From Malacoraja senta (Eukaryota): a stretch of 64,000 nt of DNA. The stretch covers positions 98,022,001-98,086,000 of the forward strand of contig CM075978.1 in NCBI GenBank assembly GCA_038087875.1. Direction: 5' to 3'. This document shows positions 1-11,697 of this stretch, one piece after another. The notes beneath the pieces were generated by a model. That model saw nothing but the letters and a program-made list of their open reading frames with translations. It was not told the DNA's origin and made no database searches. A program made the translations under genes and the position numbers. Position 1 is the first letter of the stretch. The number at the start of each line of letters is the position of its first letter.

Positions 1-740
1 GTATGTTGGCTTTCATTGCAAGTAGACCTGAATGCAAGAGTAAAGATTTCCTACCACGATTATTTGTCCAGGTGACCTACTGATGCTGTTATTTTCTGGT
101 GTTTTTTTTGCATGTTCAAGATGGAATTTGATACATCTCTGGATATATAGGGTATATAGGTGCATCAGAACAAGGACAAATAGACTCAAGAACAGTTGCT
201 TTCCAAAAGCCATAACCTCTCTGAACTCACACATGCACTGACTTCACAGCTTAACCCCCGGACTTCCATCTATCCACCTACTGTAATTTGTACTGTAACT
301 GTAATTTTTAATATGTGCAATAACCCATACTGTATATAGGAATCCTATTTATTCACTTTATTCACCCATTGTCTTTTTATAGATATGTATATAGCGCCGC
401 AGAACTGTGCACCTTATCCCCCCCCCCCCCATTTTGTTTTGTTTTTTTGTTTTTTGAACTAATTACATGTCTGCACTGAGTACGAGCTGCTTTTAATCTC
501 ATTGTACATGTGTATAGTGACAATAAAATGGCATTCTATTCTATTCTATATATAGGGGATAGAAAAACAGTATTGTAAAGTACCACAAGGTAAAAAGATA
601 ATCCACAATTTTGTTGCAGAGTGGAGGACATTGGAATGGCCGGGTAACCCACTACTTTTATGTTTTACATTTTTGAGGTGAGCTGTAGTTATTTGAGACC
701 TGTGAAGCACAACTCAGAGACAGAGAGACATTCTACGCAC

Positions 741-2064
741 CAATGGCAGAGCCTCCTTGCTTCTTTTCCTCCAGAATAGCTGCCAGGTCCTTGCACTTCC
801 TCTTGGGCTGATTGGACGGCGACTGTTCTCCCATGTTCTTCATCTTCAGGAGCTGGTTGGCCTTCTTGATCTTCTGGCTGTACTGCCGCGCCATGTAGTA
901 GACCTTTCGCTTGGTGCGGTCCACGATATCCAGCTCCTGCTGACCCACCGCCTCCGTGCTGCCCAGGGGGCTGTCCACCTCCAGCCACTTGTCCTCGGGC
1001 AAGGCGGCAGCTCCGGCGCCCAACGGCGAGCCTAGCTCGCTCGGCTCGCCGCTCTCTGTCTCGATGTTGGTGGTGCTCATTCTGCCGAGCCTGCTCTCCG
1101 CCACTTGGAGGGACACCGGCCACTCGGAGACCGGGCGAGCAGAGGGCCTGAGCCTCCGGTGGGCCAGCGCTCCCAGGTCGTCCTGGCTGACTGGGAAGGC
1201 AGCCGGCAGCCGGTCGCGCCGGGTCTCCTCGCTCCTCCTGATGTAGTCCTCCAGGTCATTCCAGATCTCGTCCACCTCCTCCGACAGCCGGTCAGGCACC
1301 GACTCGCGCGACGCGGAGTTGGAATTGGAGGAGCTGCCGGTCCAGGCCGGTCCGCTCTTGGCCGGTGACCGGCTGCGATCCGAGGCTTCGTCGCCGCTGC
1401 AACGCAGGCTCTCCTCGGAGGGGAAGTTGCCCAGGCCTCGGCAGGCCGTCTCGACGTCCAGGCCCGGCGATTCGCTGCGGCCCCCACAGTCGTTTTTCAG
1501 CTTCTTGTTGGCCGTCTGGGACAGGGCCGGCCTCTGGTCCACCACTGGCAGCTCCCGCTTGGGCGACGCCGCGGTGCCTGACAGTGCCGGCAGCCCAACT
1601 TGTGTGCGGTCTCGCTCGCCGGCCGGGCCAGGGCCTGACCGGGGCTGCGCTCTGCCGGTTGCCGGTGTTACCGACCCTTCGGCCCGCTGCAGGCCCGTCG
1701 CCGGGCGCCCCCTGTCGCTCTGGGCCGCCGGTCTGTACGTCGAGTGGTTCTCTCCGGCGCTGCTGGCCCGCCTGACCAGCCTGCGGTCCGGTCCCACGGC
1801 CTGATGCTCCCGGACCCCCGGGAGACGGCGACCGCAGGCCCCTCGGGACGGGCTGACCGGCGTGGAGTGAAGCTCAGGGGCAGAGGCGGCCGGAACAAAC
1901 ACCCGCCGATCGCTCTTCTCCAGCATCCTGCCGGGTAACAAGGCCCGTCCTGCAGTGGGCTGGAAACGCTCGCTTCTCCCCACTCCGCCACCTGGGGCCA
2001 CGGTTACGTCCTCATCCCATCCCGCAGGTCGGCCCACCGAGTGAATGGAGAAACGGTGGCTTTC
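741..2064 (-). CDS. PLEKHG1: PLEKHG1 large, probably penultimate, exon (1324 nt)
   Basis: gtgcag|ESHRF...VRRASSAGE...DRLSEEVDEIWNDLEDYIRR..RDRLPAAFPVSQDD...MARQYSQKIKKANQLLK...KDLAAILEEKKQGGSAI(G)|gtgcgt; these blocks match PLEKHG1 as I recall it. The acceptor is less certain than the donor. Confidence 0.92.
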
Positions 2065-4249
2065 CTGCACCAGAGACGTGCACGCTACCTAAAAGAGTAG
2101 AAACAAAAACCCATGGTTTACAACATAGAACCGTACCTCTCAGGAACTGGCCATTTGGCCCACAATGTCTGTGCTGAACATGGTGCCAGGTTGATCTAAT
2201 CTTCTCTGCCCACACATGCTCTATCTCCCTCCATTCCCTGCATATTCTTGTGCCTAACTAAAAGCCTCTCAAAGTTCACTTTTGTACCTGCTTCCTCCAC
2301 GTTCCAAGCACCCACCATTCTCTGTGTAAAAACACTTGCCCGGCAAATCTCTTTCAAACTTTGCCACCCCCCTCCCCCCTCATCTTAAAGCTATAGCTTC
2401 CAGTATTTGACATTTTCACCATGAGAAAGAGGTTCTGACTGTCTACCTTATCTATGCCTCTCATAATTTTATATACTTCTGATAGAAGTCTCCCCTCTGC
2501 CTCCGTCGCTCCACAGAAAACAATCCAAGTTTGTCCAACCCCTGCTTTTAGCTATTACCCTCTAATCCAAGCAGCATTCCGGTAAACTTCTTCCGCAACC
2601 TTGGAAGGGGTCAGCGGAGATTCTGCAGTTAAAATTCCCCGGCAAGGGAACAGAGGCTTGAAGGCCAGGTCGCTTAGTGTAGGTAGAGGCATGTAGGGGG
2701 GGAGCCAGGACTGCGAGTATGTCAATGAAGGAGGGAGGCATATCATATATTTTATCTTAAATTGGGGGTAGGGTGGGGGGGGGGGGGGTAAGGACTCAGA
2801 GCAACAACAGTTCTGAGTCACTTGGTGAGTGTCCGGATGCAGGTCACACAATTCTGGATCTGCTCAGGTTTGCAAGGACATTATTTGGTCAAGTTAATAC
2901 ATTTTGCAGACCAGCCTTCTCCCTCAACCCACCCCTCAAACAACTCCATCTACACGTCACCCTACCTTGTGAAAGTAGCCAACATAGTCATGGTCCATTT
3001 ACACCCAGGCCATTTCCTCTTCATATGATCATTTAGAGGAGAGAGCTGTTTTGGGAGGATCTGATAGTGCTCGATACAATCAAGCCATACAAGGCAATAG
3101 TTGATCAATTATTCACCTTAAGTATATTTAGTTTGCATTATTGGATTTAAAGGACGATTGGGGATCAGTCTGTGGATATTTCAGCAGAATGGTAAAGACA
3201 AGCAGTTTTATTGATGCAGGCAAAGTGAACAAGGTGAAAGTGAAGGTGTGATCGAGTATACTCCATGGCATAACCCTTACCAAACAAATCCTCCTCATCC
3301 CATACTCTTCTACCTCCTCCACATCCCTTCCAGGTACAGTGAAAGTAACAGTGGAATTGAAAGTGGCCTTGGGTGGGAATGTAGGAGCCATGAGATGGCA
3401 AGGATGCGAGGAATTTCTATGGATGTAGGAAGGAGGATTGATATTCATGGAGATTCAGGAGGAATGGCAGTGCAGGGAATTCGTGAGGAGCAAAATTCAA
3501 AAGGGAATCAGAAACACACGATGTGTTATCGAAGAGAACATGTTTTGGACTTGGTAGGGTGGGGGGGGGGGTGGATAGAATAAATTTTAATTTGTCAGAT
3601 CACACAGAATGGTATTATGATGACCAATACAGGGGATAATGAAAGATTGGTGAAATATATAAATAGGCTTGTGGAATGACAGATTAAGTTTAATGATTTG
3701 CATTCTGGTAAGAAGAATGAGAAACAATATAGAAAAAGGAATCAAGGAGGATATGTCATTCATTTGAAGCAGCAGGGCAGATTGAGTAGGTGGTTAAAAA
3801 GATGCACAAGTTCTGAGCAATCGAAAGAGGAATAAAGTACAAAAATCAGAGAAGTCATGCCAGACCTTTAAAAAACAATGATTCAACCTCAACTGGTTTA
3901 TTCTAGTCAATTTAGACTTTTAGACTTTAGAGATGCAGTGCAGAAACAGGCCCTTCGGCCCACAGAGTCTGTGTCGACCAGAGATCACCCTGCACACTAA
4001 ATTCACTGAATTCTAAGTAATGTTGTAATCTGAAGAAAGATATTGCACAGGATGGTCCCGGTATTTCACCAGACTTTTACTGCAGTGGGGTTTCAACCAC
4101 TAGGTGTCACCAATGCACTAAATTCAGTGTACTGTACTTTGTATTAGAGAACCAACTCAGTTAGAGCAAGAGGTTTGTGATAGAGAAATGCATTCAGTTA
4201 ATGAGGGGGATGACATGTTTTGTGCCTTTGGGCGACGCTGTGGTGCAAG

Positions 4250-4810
4250 GGCAACACAATGGCGCAGGGGCTAGAGCTGCAGCCTTCCTGCGTCAGGGAC
4301 CCATGTTCGTTCCTGACCTCAGCACTTGTCTGTGTGGAGTTTGCACGTTCTCCCTCTGACAGTGTGGGTTTCCTTCGAGAGCTCTGGTTTCCTCCCACAT
4401 CCCATAGACGTGCAGGCCAGGGGGTTAAGCCCCTGTCCCACTATCACAACCTAATTCATGACCTTTTTTACTCGTGGACATTTTTGATCATGCTAGAAAA
4501 AACGCCTCGACCTACTTGATGCCACGAGTACCTACGACCTACCTACGACCTACCTACGACCTACTTACGACCTCGTGACGACCATGCTGTGAGTATGAGT
4601 CAAGGGCAAACTCGGCAGAGGTCGTGAATTAGGTCGTGAAAGTGGGACAGGGGCTTTAATTGGCTGCTGTAAATTGGCCCTAGAATGTGGATGGTGAGGG
4701 ATAGGATCTGGGTGGAGTTGACAGGAATGTGGGGAGAATAAAATAGGATTAAACGAAGGTCAGCACGGATTCGGTGGGCCAATGGGCCGATTACCATGAT
4801 GTCTCTCCGT
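4250..4810 (+). mobile_element. tRNA-derived HE1-type SINE (interrupted by MITE)
   Basis: A/B-box-like head, gtggagtttgcacgttctcc core, CR1-like tail. Confidence 0.8.
4428..4655. mobile_element. PIF/Harbinger-type MITE inserted in a SINE
   Basis: About 37-bp TIR AGCCCCTGTCCCACT..CACAACCTAATTCATGACCT; TSD TTA (4425-4427 and 4656-4658) restoring the SINE sequence ggttaattggc; internal (cctacgaccta)n. Confidence 0.85.
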
Positions 4811-5427
4811 CTCTTTTTGTAAATACTTCAATCAAAGAAGACGTAACAAAGAGAGCAAAATTTCAACTTGAACATTCTCACTCACTTTTTCCAATTCTTT
4901 CTCATCCCTTCCCCACTCCTACAACATTCCACCAGTTCTGAGCCATCCTGATTATTATCGTCCCACTATTTGCAGCTCTGCCTTCAGCTGTTTAAGCCTC
5001 AAACTGTCAAATTCCCTCCCTAAACCCTTCTCTCCTTTAACTTAAAGCCACTGCTTTGATCAAGCCTTTGTGTCTCAGTGTAAAACTGTTTTGGAACAGG
5101 TCTGCGTAGCACCTTGGTATATTTGAGTGCAACTCATAATAGGAGAGGGTCTGCGTGCATACATTCATCCTTGGGTGATATCGCTAAATGCAGTATATTG
5201 TAGCAGCTGCACATTCTACTTGCGAAGTTCGGCCCTAGCAGCTGTTGGATAGCACATTTAGCACCAGCAAACTAGGATGAAGTTCTCAGCACGCAAGTAG
5301 ACAAAGCAAGGTTTATTTATAGTCAACAGGATGTTTAACAGTAATTTGTAAACAATAAATTACTTAAACAAGGAAATACCGCAATCAATTTCAATGCAAG
5401 TCCTCATGTTTTTTTTTGGTTCTGTTG

Positions 5428-5905
5428 GTAGACAATAGACAAAAGGTGCAGGAGTAGGCCCTTTGGTCCTTCGAGCCAGCACCGCCATTCACTGTGATCA
5501 TGGCTGATCACCCACAATCAGTACCCCGTTCCTGCCTTCTCCCCATATCCCTTGACTCCGCTATCTTTAGGAGCTCTATCTAACTCTATCTTGAAATCAT
5601 TCAGAGAATTGGCTTCCACTGTCTTCTGAGGCAGATGATTCCACAGATTCACAACTCTCTGGGTGAAAAAGTTTTTCCGCATCTCCATCATAAATGGCCT
5701 ACCCCTTATTCTTAAACTGTGGCCCCTGGTTCTGGACTCCCCCAACATTGGGAATATGTTTCCTGCCTCTAGCGTGTCCAACCCATTAATAATCTTATAT
5801 GTTTCAATAAAATACCCTCTCATCCTTCCAAATTCCAGTGTATACAAACCGAGTCTCTCCATTCTTTCAACGTATAACAGTCCTGCCATCCCGGGATTTA
5901 ACCTC
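5428..5905 (-). mobile_element. CR1 LINE 3' fragment
   Basis: ERLGLYTLEF..RTRGHSLRIRG..GYGEKAGTGY; (tgtctatt)n tail. Confidence 0.88.
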
Positions 5906-6079
5906 TTAAGGCCTGAGCATTGTCTCTGACACAGGGACACTTCAACCACTCTTCCTTGTGAGATCTGTTGTGGTTCAACTAGGGGAGAAGATAACATCTC
6001 CATTTATAGTGTAATCTCATCTAATGTGTTGATCCAACAAGGACAGCATTCCCTCAATATAACCCAGGGAGTGCAAGGG

Positions 6080-6385
6080 GGATGGCACGGTGCGCAACTG
6101 GTAGAGTTGGTGCCTCACAGCGCCAGAGACCCGGGTTCAATCCTGACCTCGGGCGCTGTCTGGGTGGAGTTTGCACATTCGCCCTGTGACCTCCTGGTGC
6201 TCTGGTTTCCTCCCACATCCTAAAGACATGCAAGTTTGTAGGTTAATTGGCCTCTGTAAAATTGCTCCTGGTGTGTAAAAAGTGGATGAGAAAGTAAGAT
6301 AACATAGAGTGAGTGTGAACAGGCGATCAGTGTTCAGTGTGGACCCAGTGGGCCTATTTCCATGATGTATCTCCAAACTAAACCA
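6080..6385 (+). mobile_element. HE1-type tRNA-derived SINE
   Basis: ggtagag..cagcgccagagacccgGGTTCAATCC B-box; tail gggcctatttcc..tgtatctccaaactaaa. Confidence 0.85.
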
Positions 6386-6764
6386 AAGCATAGATATTGT
6401 GCAGTGGAGCTCAAAGCACCCAATTGTTCTGCTGGTTAACTGAAGGAAAATAGAACTGGCTGAGTTGGGACATCTTGGTCGGCTTGGACAAGTTGGGCCA
6501 AAGGACCGGTTTCTCCGCTGGATGACTCGAAAGTGCTGTTCAAGCATTCAGCCCAGTCATTCTCAGCTTGCAGTGAATACCACAGGACTACCACAGCGGA
6601 ACAGCCATCATCAACAAAATAGATCATAGGACAGCTCGAGGAGAATGCTTGGATATTATCAGGTATGTGTTGGAAGGAACTGCAGATGCTGCTTTACACC
6701 GGAGATAGGCACAAAATGCTGGAGTAAATATCTGGATATTATCAACAATAAAGCCGTTCTTAAC

Positions 6765-6986
6765 CTGTTCAACCTCCTCTTCATCGTCAGCGTCGGTCTG
6801 GTCCAAGGTGCGTAGATGGAGGCTTTCTTCGAGGTCGCTTGGATAGGCCGGCTCCAAGGACTCCTGTGATTGGCTGACACTGTCATCACGGGAGAGGGCA
6901 TTGACTTCGCTCTTGCAGTCAGGTGTAGTTTCAGTGGATAATGCTTCCACAGAAGGAGAAAGGAGGGGTCCTTCAACACTTGCACG
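6765..6986 (-). CDS. PLEKHG1: PLEKHG1 exon, acidic low-complexity region (222 nt)
   Basis: tgacag|RASVEGPLLSPSVEALSTETTPDCKSEVNALSRDDSVSQSQESLEPAYPSDLEESLHLRTLDQTDADDEEEVEQ|gttaag; phase 0/0; non-repetitive and coding-like. Confidence 0.8.
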
Positions 6987-7889
6987 CTGTCAGGGGGCAA
7001 GGAAATATCTGTCACACACTGCTCACACCAGTACATAATAAATTTACTCTGTCGGGCGGGGCGGGGGGGGGGGGGGGGGGGGAGAAGGAAATATCCATCA
7101 CACACTGTTCAAACATTCATTGTACATTTACACCAGAGAGAATGAACAAAATCTCATGGAGAGCATTCAATTTCAAAATAGAGGAACAAGCCGTAAAAGC
7201 AAGTTACTCTTTCAATATCTCTAAGTTGAAATGTGGAGAAAATAATGAAGTAAATGGTGAATATTTCTAAAAGGAGTGGTAGTTCTGTACATAGATTTAT
7301 CTGACAATTCAGCATGGATGGATAACCTTGCTTGGGACCATCTTATTAACCTAATTTCCTCTTTTCTCATATCCTAAAGAGTTTAAGTATTTTTTTCTAT
7401 AACGTCACTATCACCAGCCTTCATGTTGGTGTGCACTAGGCTATTTAAATAAAATAATGCCAACTTCAAATGGCAGCATTTATGACACAAGAAAGCCACA
7501 AAATATCAGACAACAAAGCCTATATCTGAGACGATGTCACCCATACCGTTTGTGCTTTACTCATAAAAGAGGTGGTGTTGGCACAAAACGCCACAGGAGA
7601 TCTGTACAACTCCTCCCTCTTCTGTCGTGGGGTAGGCTGACTCCCCTCCTCCCCCCTCCCCCCAAATAAATCTTTGCACATCCCCAATCCTGGATTTTCC
7701 ACTCGTCACTTTAATTTAATGTTTCAAGTATCTTGTTGTATTTTATGACTGTTGGCAGACCAATTTCCCTCCTGGTAGAAATAAAGTTCTATCATATCGT
7801 ATTGGATGGTCAACCAGAAAACTTCAACTTTCTTCTCAGATCGGGTGAGTTAAATCCAAAGGAAAATTTCTATATAGAAAATTATCTAT

Positions 7890-8287
7890 ATAGATTATTT
7901 CTTATAGAAACATATAAAATTCTTAAAGGATTGGACAGGCTACATGCAGGAAAAATGTTCCCGATGTTGGGGCAGTCCAGAACCAGGGGTCACAGTTTAA
8001 GAATAAGGGGTAGGCTACTTAGGACTGAGATGAGGAAAAACTTTTTCACCCAGAGAGTTGTGAATCTGTGGAATTCTCTGCCACAGAACGCAGTGGAGGC
8101 CAATTCACCGGATGTTTTCAAGAGAGAGTTAGATTTAGCTCTCAGGGCTAAAGGAATCAAGGGATATGGGGGAAAAGCAGGAACGGGATACTGATTTTAG
8201 ATGATCAGCCATGATCATATTGAATGGCGGTGCTGGCTCGAAGTGCCAAATGGCCTACTCCTGTACCTATTTTTCTATGTTTCTATG
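7890..8287 (+). mobile_element. CR1 LINE 3' fragment
   Basis: LIETYKILKGLDR..RTRGHSLRIRG..KAGTGY; (tttctatg)n tail. Confidence 0.88.
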
Positions 8288-8979
8288 AGCTACATTTATT
8301 TCTATAAATGAGCAATATTTATTATTCAGCTATCTTTGAAACACATTATCTGGCTATTATCACATTGCTGCCTCTAAAACCCTGCTGTGTGAATATGGGT
8401 GTGGTGTTTCCTGCAACAGTGATCGCAGTTCAAAATACTCCATTGACTAAAACACTGATGTTTGAAGGTCATCAAGATAGTGAAGGGCAAATACAAAGAA
8501 TTTTATTTTCTCAACTACATTATACCACCTTCCTGCTTCCTTTGCAGGCCACACCCCTCATGCCCCCAAGGCTGTGGGAAGACAGAGTGTATGGAGTGAT
8601 CAAAGTGTTGAGAGCAGTATAAAGTCAGGCAAGTGAGAGCTGCACAGCAAGACAGAGGCAGTGAATAAAAAGAACGATGGTGGAAGGGAGGAGGAATGGA
8701 GAATGAGGAAAGAAATGAGAAACTGTCACAGGACAAGCAATACAAATTTTGGCATGAACATATCTTCACACAAAATCAACTATTTTACAATCTATAAGGG
8801 ATTGCGTGGCGTCTCAATACCAACATGGAATGCTCATTAATTTCTAAAATAGATGCAGCCTCACCCATTAAATTTTAGTCCCAACTTGCTTTCAATATCG
8901 GCAATTCCAAGTGTCCAGGTGGGGTTCTTGCATTATTTTGTGTTTTTAGCACAGCTGGAAGTTATGAAAAGTTTCACAT

Positions 8980-9280
8980 TGCACAGTAGTGCAGTGGTAG
9001 AGTTGCTACCTTACAGCGACAGCGACCCGGGTTCGATCCTGACTATGGGTGCTGTTGGTACGGAGTTTGTATGTTCTCAGTGTGACCATGGGTTTTGTCA
9101 GGGTGCTCCGGTTTCCTCCCACACTCCAAAGACATACAGATTTTTAGGTTAATTGGCTTCGGTAAAATTGTAAATTGTCCCTAGTCTGTAGGATAGTGCT
9201 AGTGTATGGGGTAATTGCTGGTCGGCATAAACTCAGTGGGCTGAAGGGCCTGTTTTTGCGCTGTATCTCTAAAGTAAAGT
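8980..9280 (+). mobile_element. HE1-type tRNA-derived SINE
   Basis: GGTTCGATCC B-box, family core and gaagggcctgttt..tgtatctctaaa tail. Confidence 0.85.
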
Positions 9281-9492
9281 CCAAATGCAAATCATCTTTA
9301 TTTTCCCCACTGCTTTATACTATTTGAATAATAGGAATCGTCTTGAATCAAACAATCTTAACTGAAATGTCAAAATTCAAATATGTATCTTTTGAAAATA
9401 CTTTGTATTATGGCATTAAAAAATTCCTCACCTCCCCAGTTTACTGTTTTTTTTAAAGAAAAGACTCAATAAATCAGTAAACACAGGCCTAC

Positions 9493-9509
9493 CTTGTCTT
9501 GTCTGGTTT
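9493..9509 (-). CDS. PLEKHG1: PLEKHG1 microexon (17 nt)
   Basis: cttttcctaattcag|AAACCAGACAAGACAAG|gtaggc encodes (E)TRQDK; supplies the phase 1 to 0 change needed to join the next exon. Confidence 0.75.
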
Positions 9510-9659
9510 CTGAATTAGGAAAAGAGCAATAAGAAAATAATTGTTAGAAGGCCTAACTTAATATGTTCAAGCATTTAACTACTTACAAGTGTAAACCTGT
9601 TTAGCAGAAGGTACTGTAGGTTACAATATAGCAAACGAATTAGAAGTTTTGTTACTGAC

Positions 9660-9695
9660 CCGCTTGTTTGGGAGTCTTCATTCTTGCTGATGGTT
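9660..9695 (-). CDS. PLEKHG1: PLEKHG1 mini-exon (36 nt)
   Basis: tttgcag|(E)PSARMKTPKQA|gtcagt; completes the RRKSEPS motif; phase 1/1. Confidence 0.85.
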
Positions 9696-10831
9696 CTGCA
9701 AAGAAAGAAAATTAGGATCAATAGAGGTATTTGCATTCAACTTAATGCACCGGCTCCATTACACATCCACATCTGCAGTCAACTGTAGAAAGTTCCCAGT
9801 CACGTACAGCTGTTTCTACGGTCATATACTTTCATTTGGAGTATTTATACATCTTTTTAAAAAATGCACTCCAGGGAAGTAGCATCATTGGCATGACTGT
9901 TAATTACTGCCCATTCCTATATACATTCATTCTAGTGGAAAGACACTTTTGTCAACTGGTGTCCATTGCAAATGCTGTTGCATGCAATAGGTTACTAGGG
10001 AGCTCCAGGAGGTTGGCCCAGCAATGATAAAGAGATTGACAAATTGTCTTGTCTGGTTTCTGGGCCGGTCTGGATTTTTTAATGCCATAATGCAAAGTAT
10101 TTTTAAATTATACATTTTTGAATTCTAAAATTCCAGTTAAAATTATTTGATTCAAGGCAGTTGATAAAATCAAGATGCTGTCTGTTGAATCTGTGGTGAA
10201 TCTGTATAATTCATTGCCACAGAAGGCTGTGGAGGCCAAGCCAATTGATATTTTTACGGCAGATAGTTAGATTAGTATGGGTGTCAGGGGTTATGGAAAG
10301 AAGGAAGGAGAATGGGGTGAGAGGGAAAGATCGATCAGCCAGGATTGAATGGCAGGGTAGACTTGATGGGCTAATTCTGCTCCTATCACTTGAGCTAATG
10401 CTGCAAATTTGATAGTAAAGTACTTTTTATCTTTACTCACCCAATTGATGGAGTTCATGAGTTTGGAGCAGTACCTTGATACTATGGTGACTGCCATGGC
10501 TATACAAACCATTTTCAACTATTTGACAGTACAGAGGGCAGTGCAACTGCCCAGTACCTCTTAAGTCTCACTTGACTCAGAGGTGTCCATCTCACCAGAG
10601 CCAGAAAGTAGCAAGACCAAGTCTTCCAAAGACTTCAGAATCAACTTTAAGCTGAGGCCCATTCCAGACACAAATCACTGGAAATCCCATTCCTGCCTTT
10701 GGGGAACAAGTACGCAAGTGAGTCACATGCCTCAGCACACGGATGGCAAGGCATATCAGGTTAACTAAGTACACAACAGCTGCATGCCACCCCAAACACT
10801 CTTTATTTTGTGCAAAGGTTCAGTGTTATAC

Positions 10832-10921
10832 CGGACTTCCTTCGGACTCTGCGAGGCGTGATTTTGTCCTCCATGTCTGCCTTCCTCTCACCCTCTGGGC
10901 TGTAGTGGAAACCAGGGTGAT
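10832..10921 (-). CDS. PLEKHG1: PLEKHG1 exon (90 nt)
   Basis: ttgcag|(H)HPGFHYSPEGERKADMEDKITPRRVRRKS(E)|gtataa; phase 1/1. Confidence 0.93.
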
Positions 10922-11455
10922 CTGCAACAGAAATAATATTGTGATGAATAAATTTACCCCTGATTTCTCCCTTCCAGTTTAACTCATGTACCAAGCTAGG
11001 CCCCACCACAGTTTTTTTTTTAACTTAAGAGGAAGAGCATGCAGGAAAAAAAAAGTTAAGTAACGTTTAAATAGAGTTAAAGGAAAGATGTTTGGAAATA
11101 GTGATTCCACTAACTGGATGGAAATTGGTGCTGTAACTTTCCTTTCTCCTCCCCAAATGGAAGCTACTAACCAAAGTGAGGGACACTTTCATAGTTCCCT
11201 CTTCTTTTCGGCGGTCCTTTGTGTGGGACCCTCGACAGTGAGTTGCAGATTGCAGTTGTACCTGGTGCTGTTCTTATCCTGCAACCAACTTACCCGCACT
11301 TTCTACCTGTGGCTGAATCATGATCAGAAGAAGAGCCCAGGGTCGTTTAATCTTTAGTCGCCTACTACTGCCCTGGTTAAAAGACCAACTAAACCCCACT
11401 GGATTAGAAATAGACAGCATCAAATGATCAAAATGAAAATTTAAGAAGTAATATT

Positions 11456-11697
11456 NNNNNNNNNNNNNNNNNNNNNNNNNNNNNNNNNNNNNNNNNNNNN
11501 NNNNNNNNNNNNNNNNNNNNNNNNNNNNNNNNNNNNNNNNNNNNNNNNNNNNNNNNNNNNNNNNNNNNNNNNNNNNNNNNNNNNNNNNNNNNNNNNNNNN
11601 NNNNNNNNNNNNNNNNNNNNNNNNNNNNNNNNNNNNNNNNNNNNNNNNNNNNNNNNNNNNNNNNNNNNNNNNNNNNNNNNNNNNNNNNNNNNNNNNN
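11456..11697. other. Assembly gap (242 N)
   Basis: Run of N within an intron; exon phases on either side are compatible, so no exon is required inside it. Confidence 1.

Noticed and set aside
689-1991. Many overlapping ORFs on both strands over the large exon
   Set aside because: Expected from high GC content (few stop codons); only the 733..2070 frame has recognisable protein motifs and splice sites.
4525-4575. CRISPR-like or regulatory repeat array
   Set aside because: Contiguous short tandem repeats inside a MITE, with no unique spacers, in a vertebrate intron.
6436-6627. 63-aa ORF as an extra PLEKHG1 exon
   Set aside because: Its 3' half derives from a CR1/SINE-type tail (ggcccaacttgtcc..ccgaccaagatg), it lacks convincing splice sites, and it is not needed for frame.
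7054-7082. G-runs as functional G-quadruplexes (also near 2764-2789 and 23410-23450)
   Set aside because: Simple homopolymers that read as C-runs in the transcript, prone to sequencing error, with no further support.
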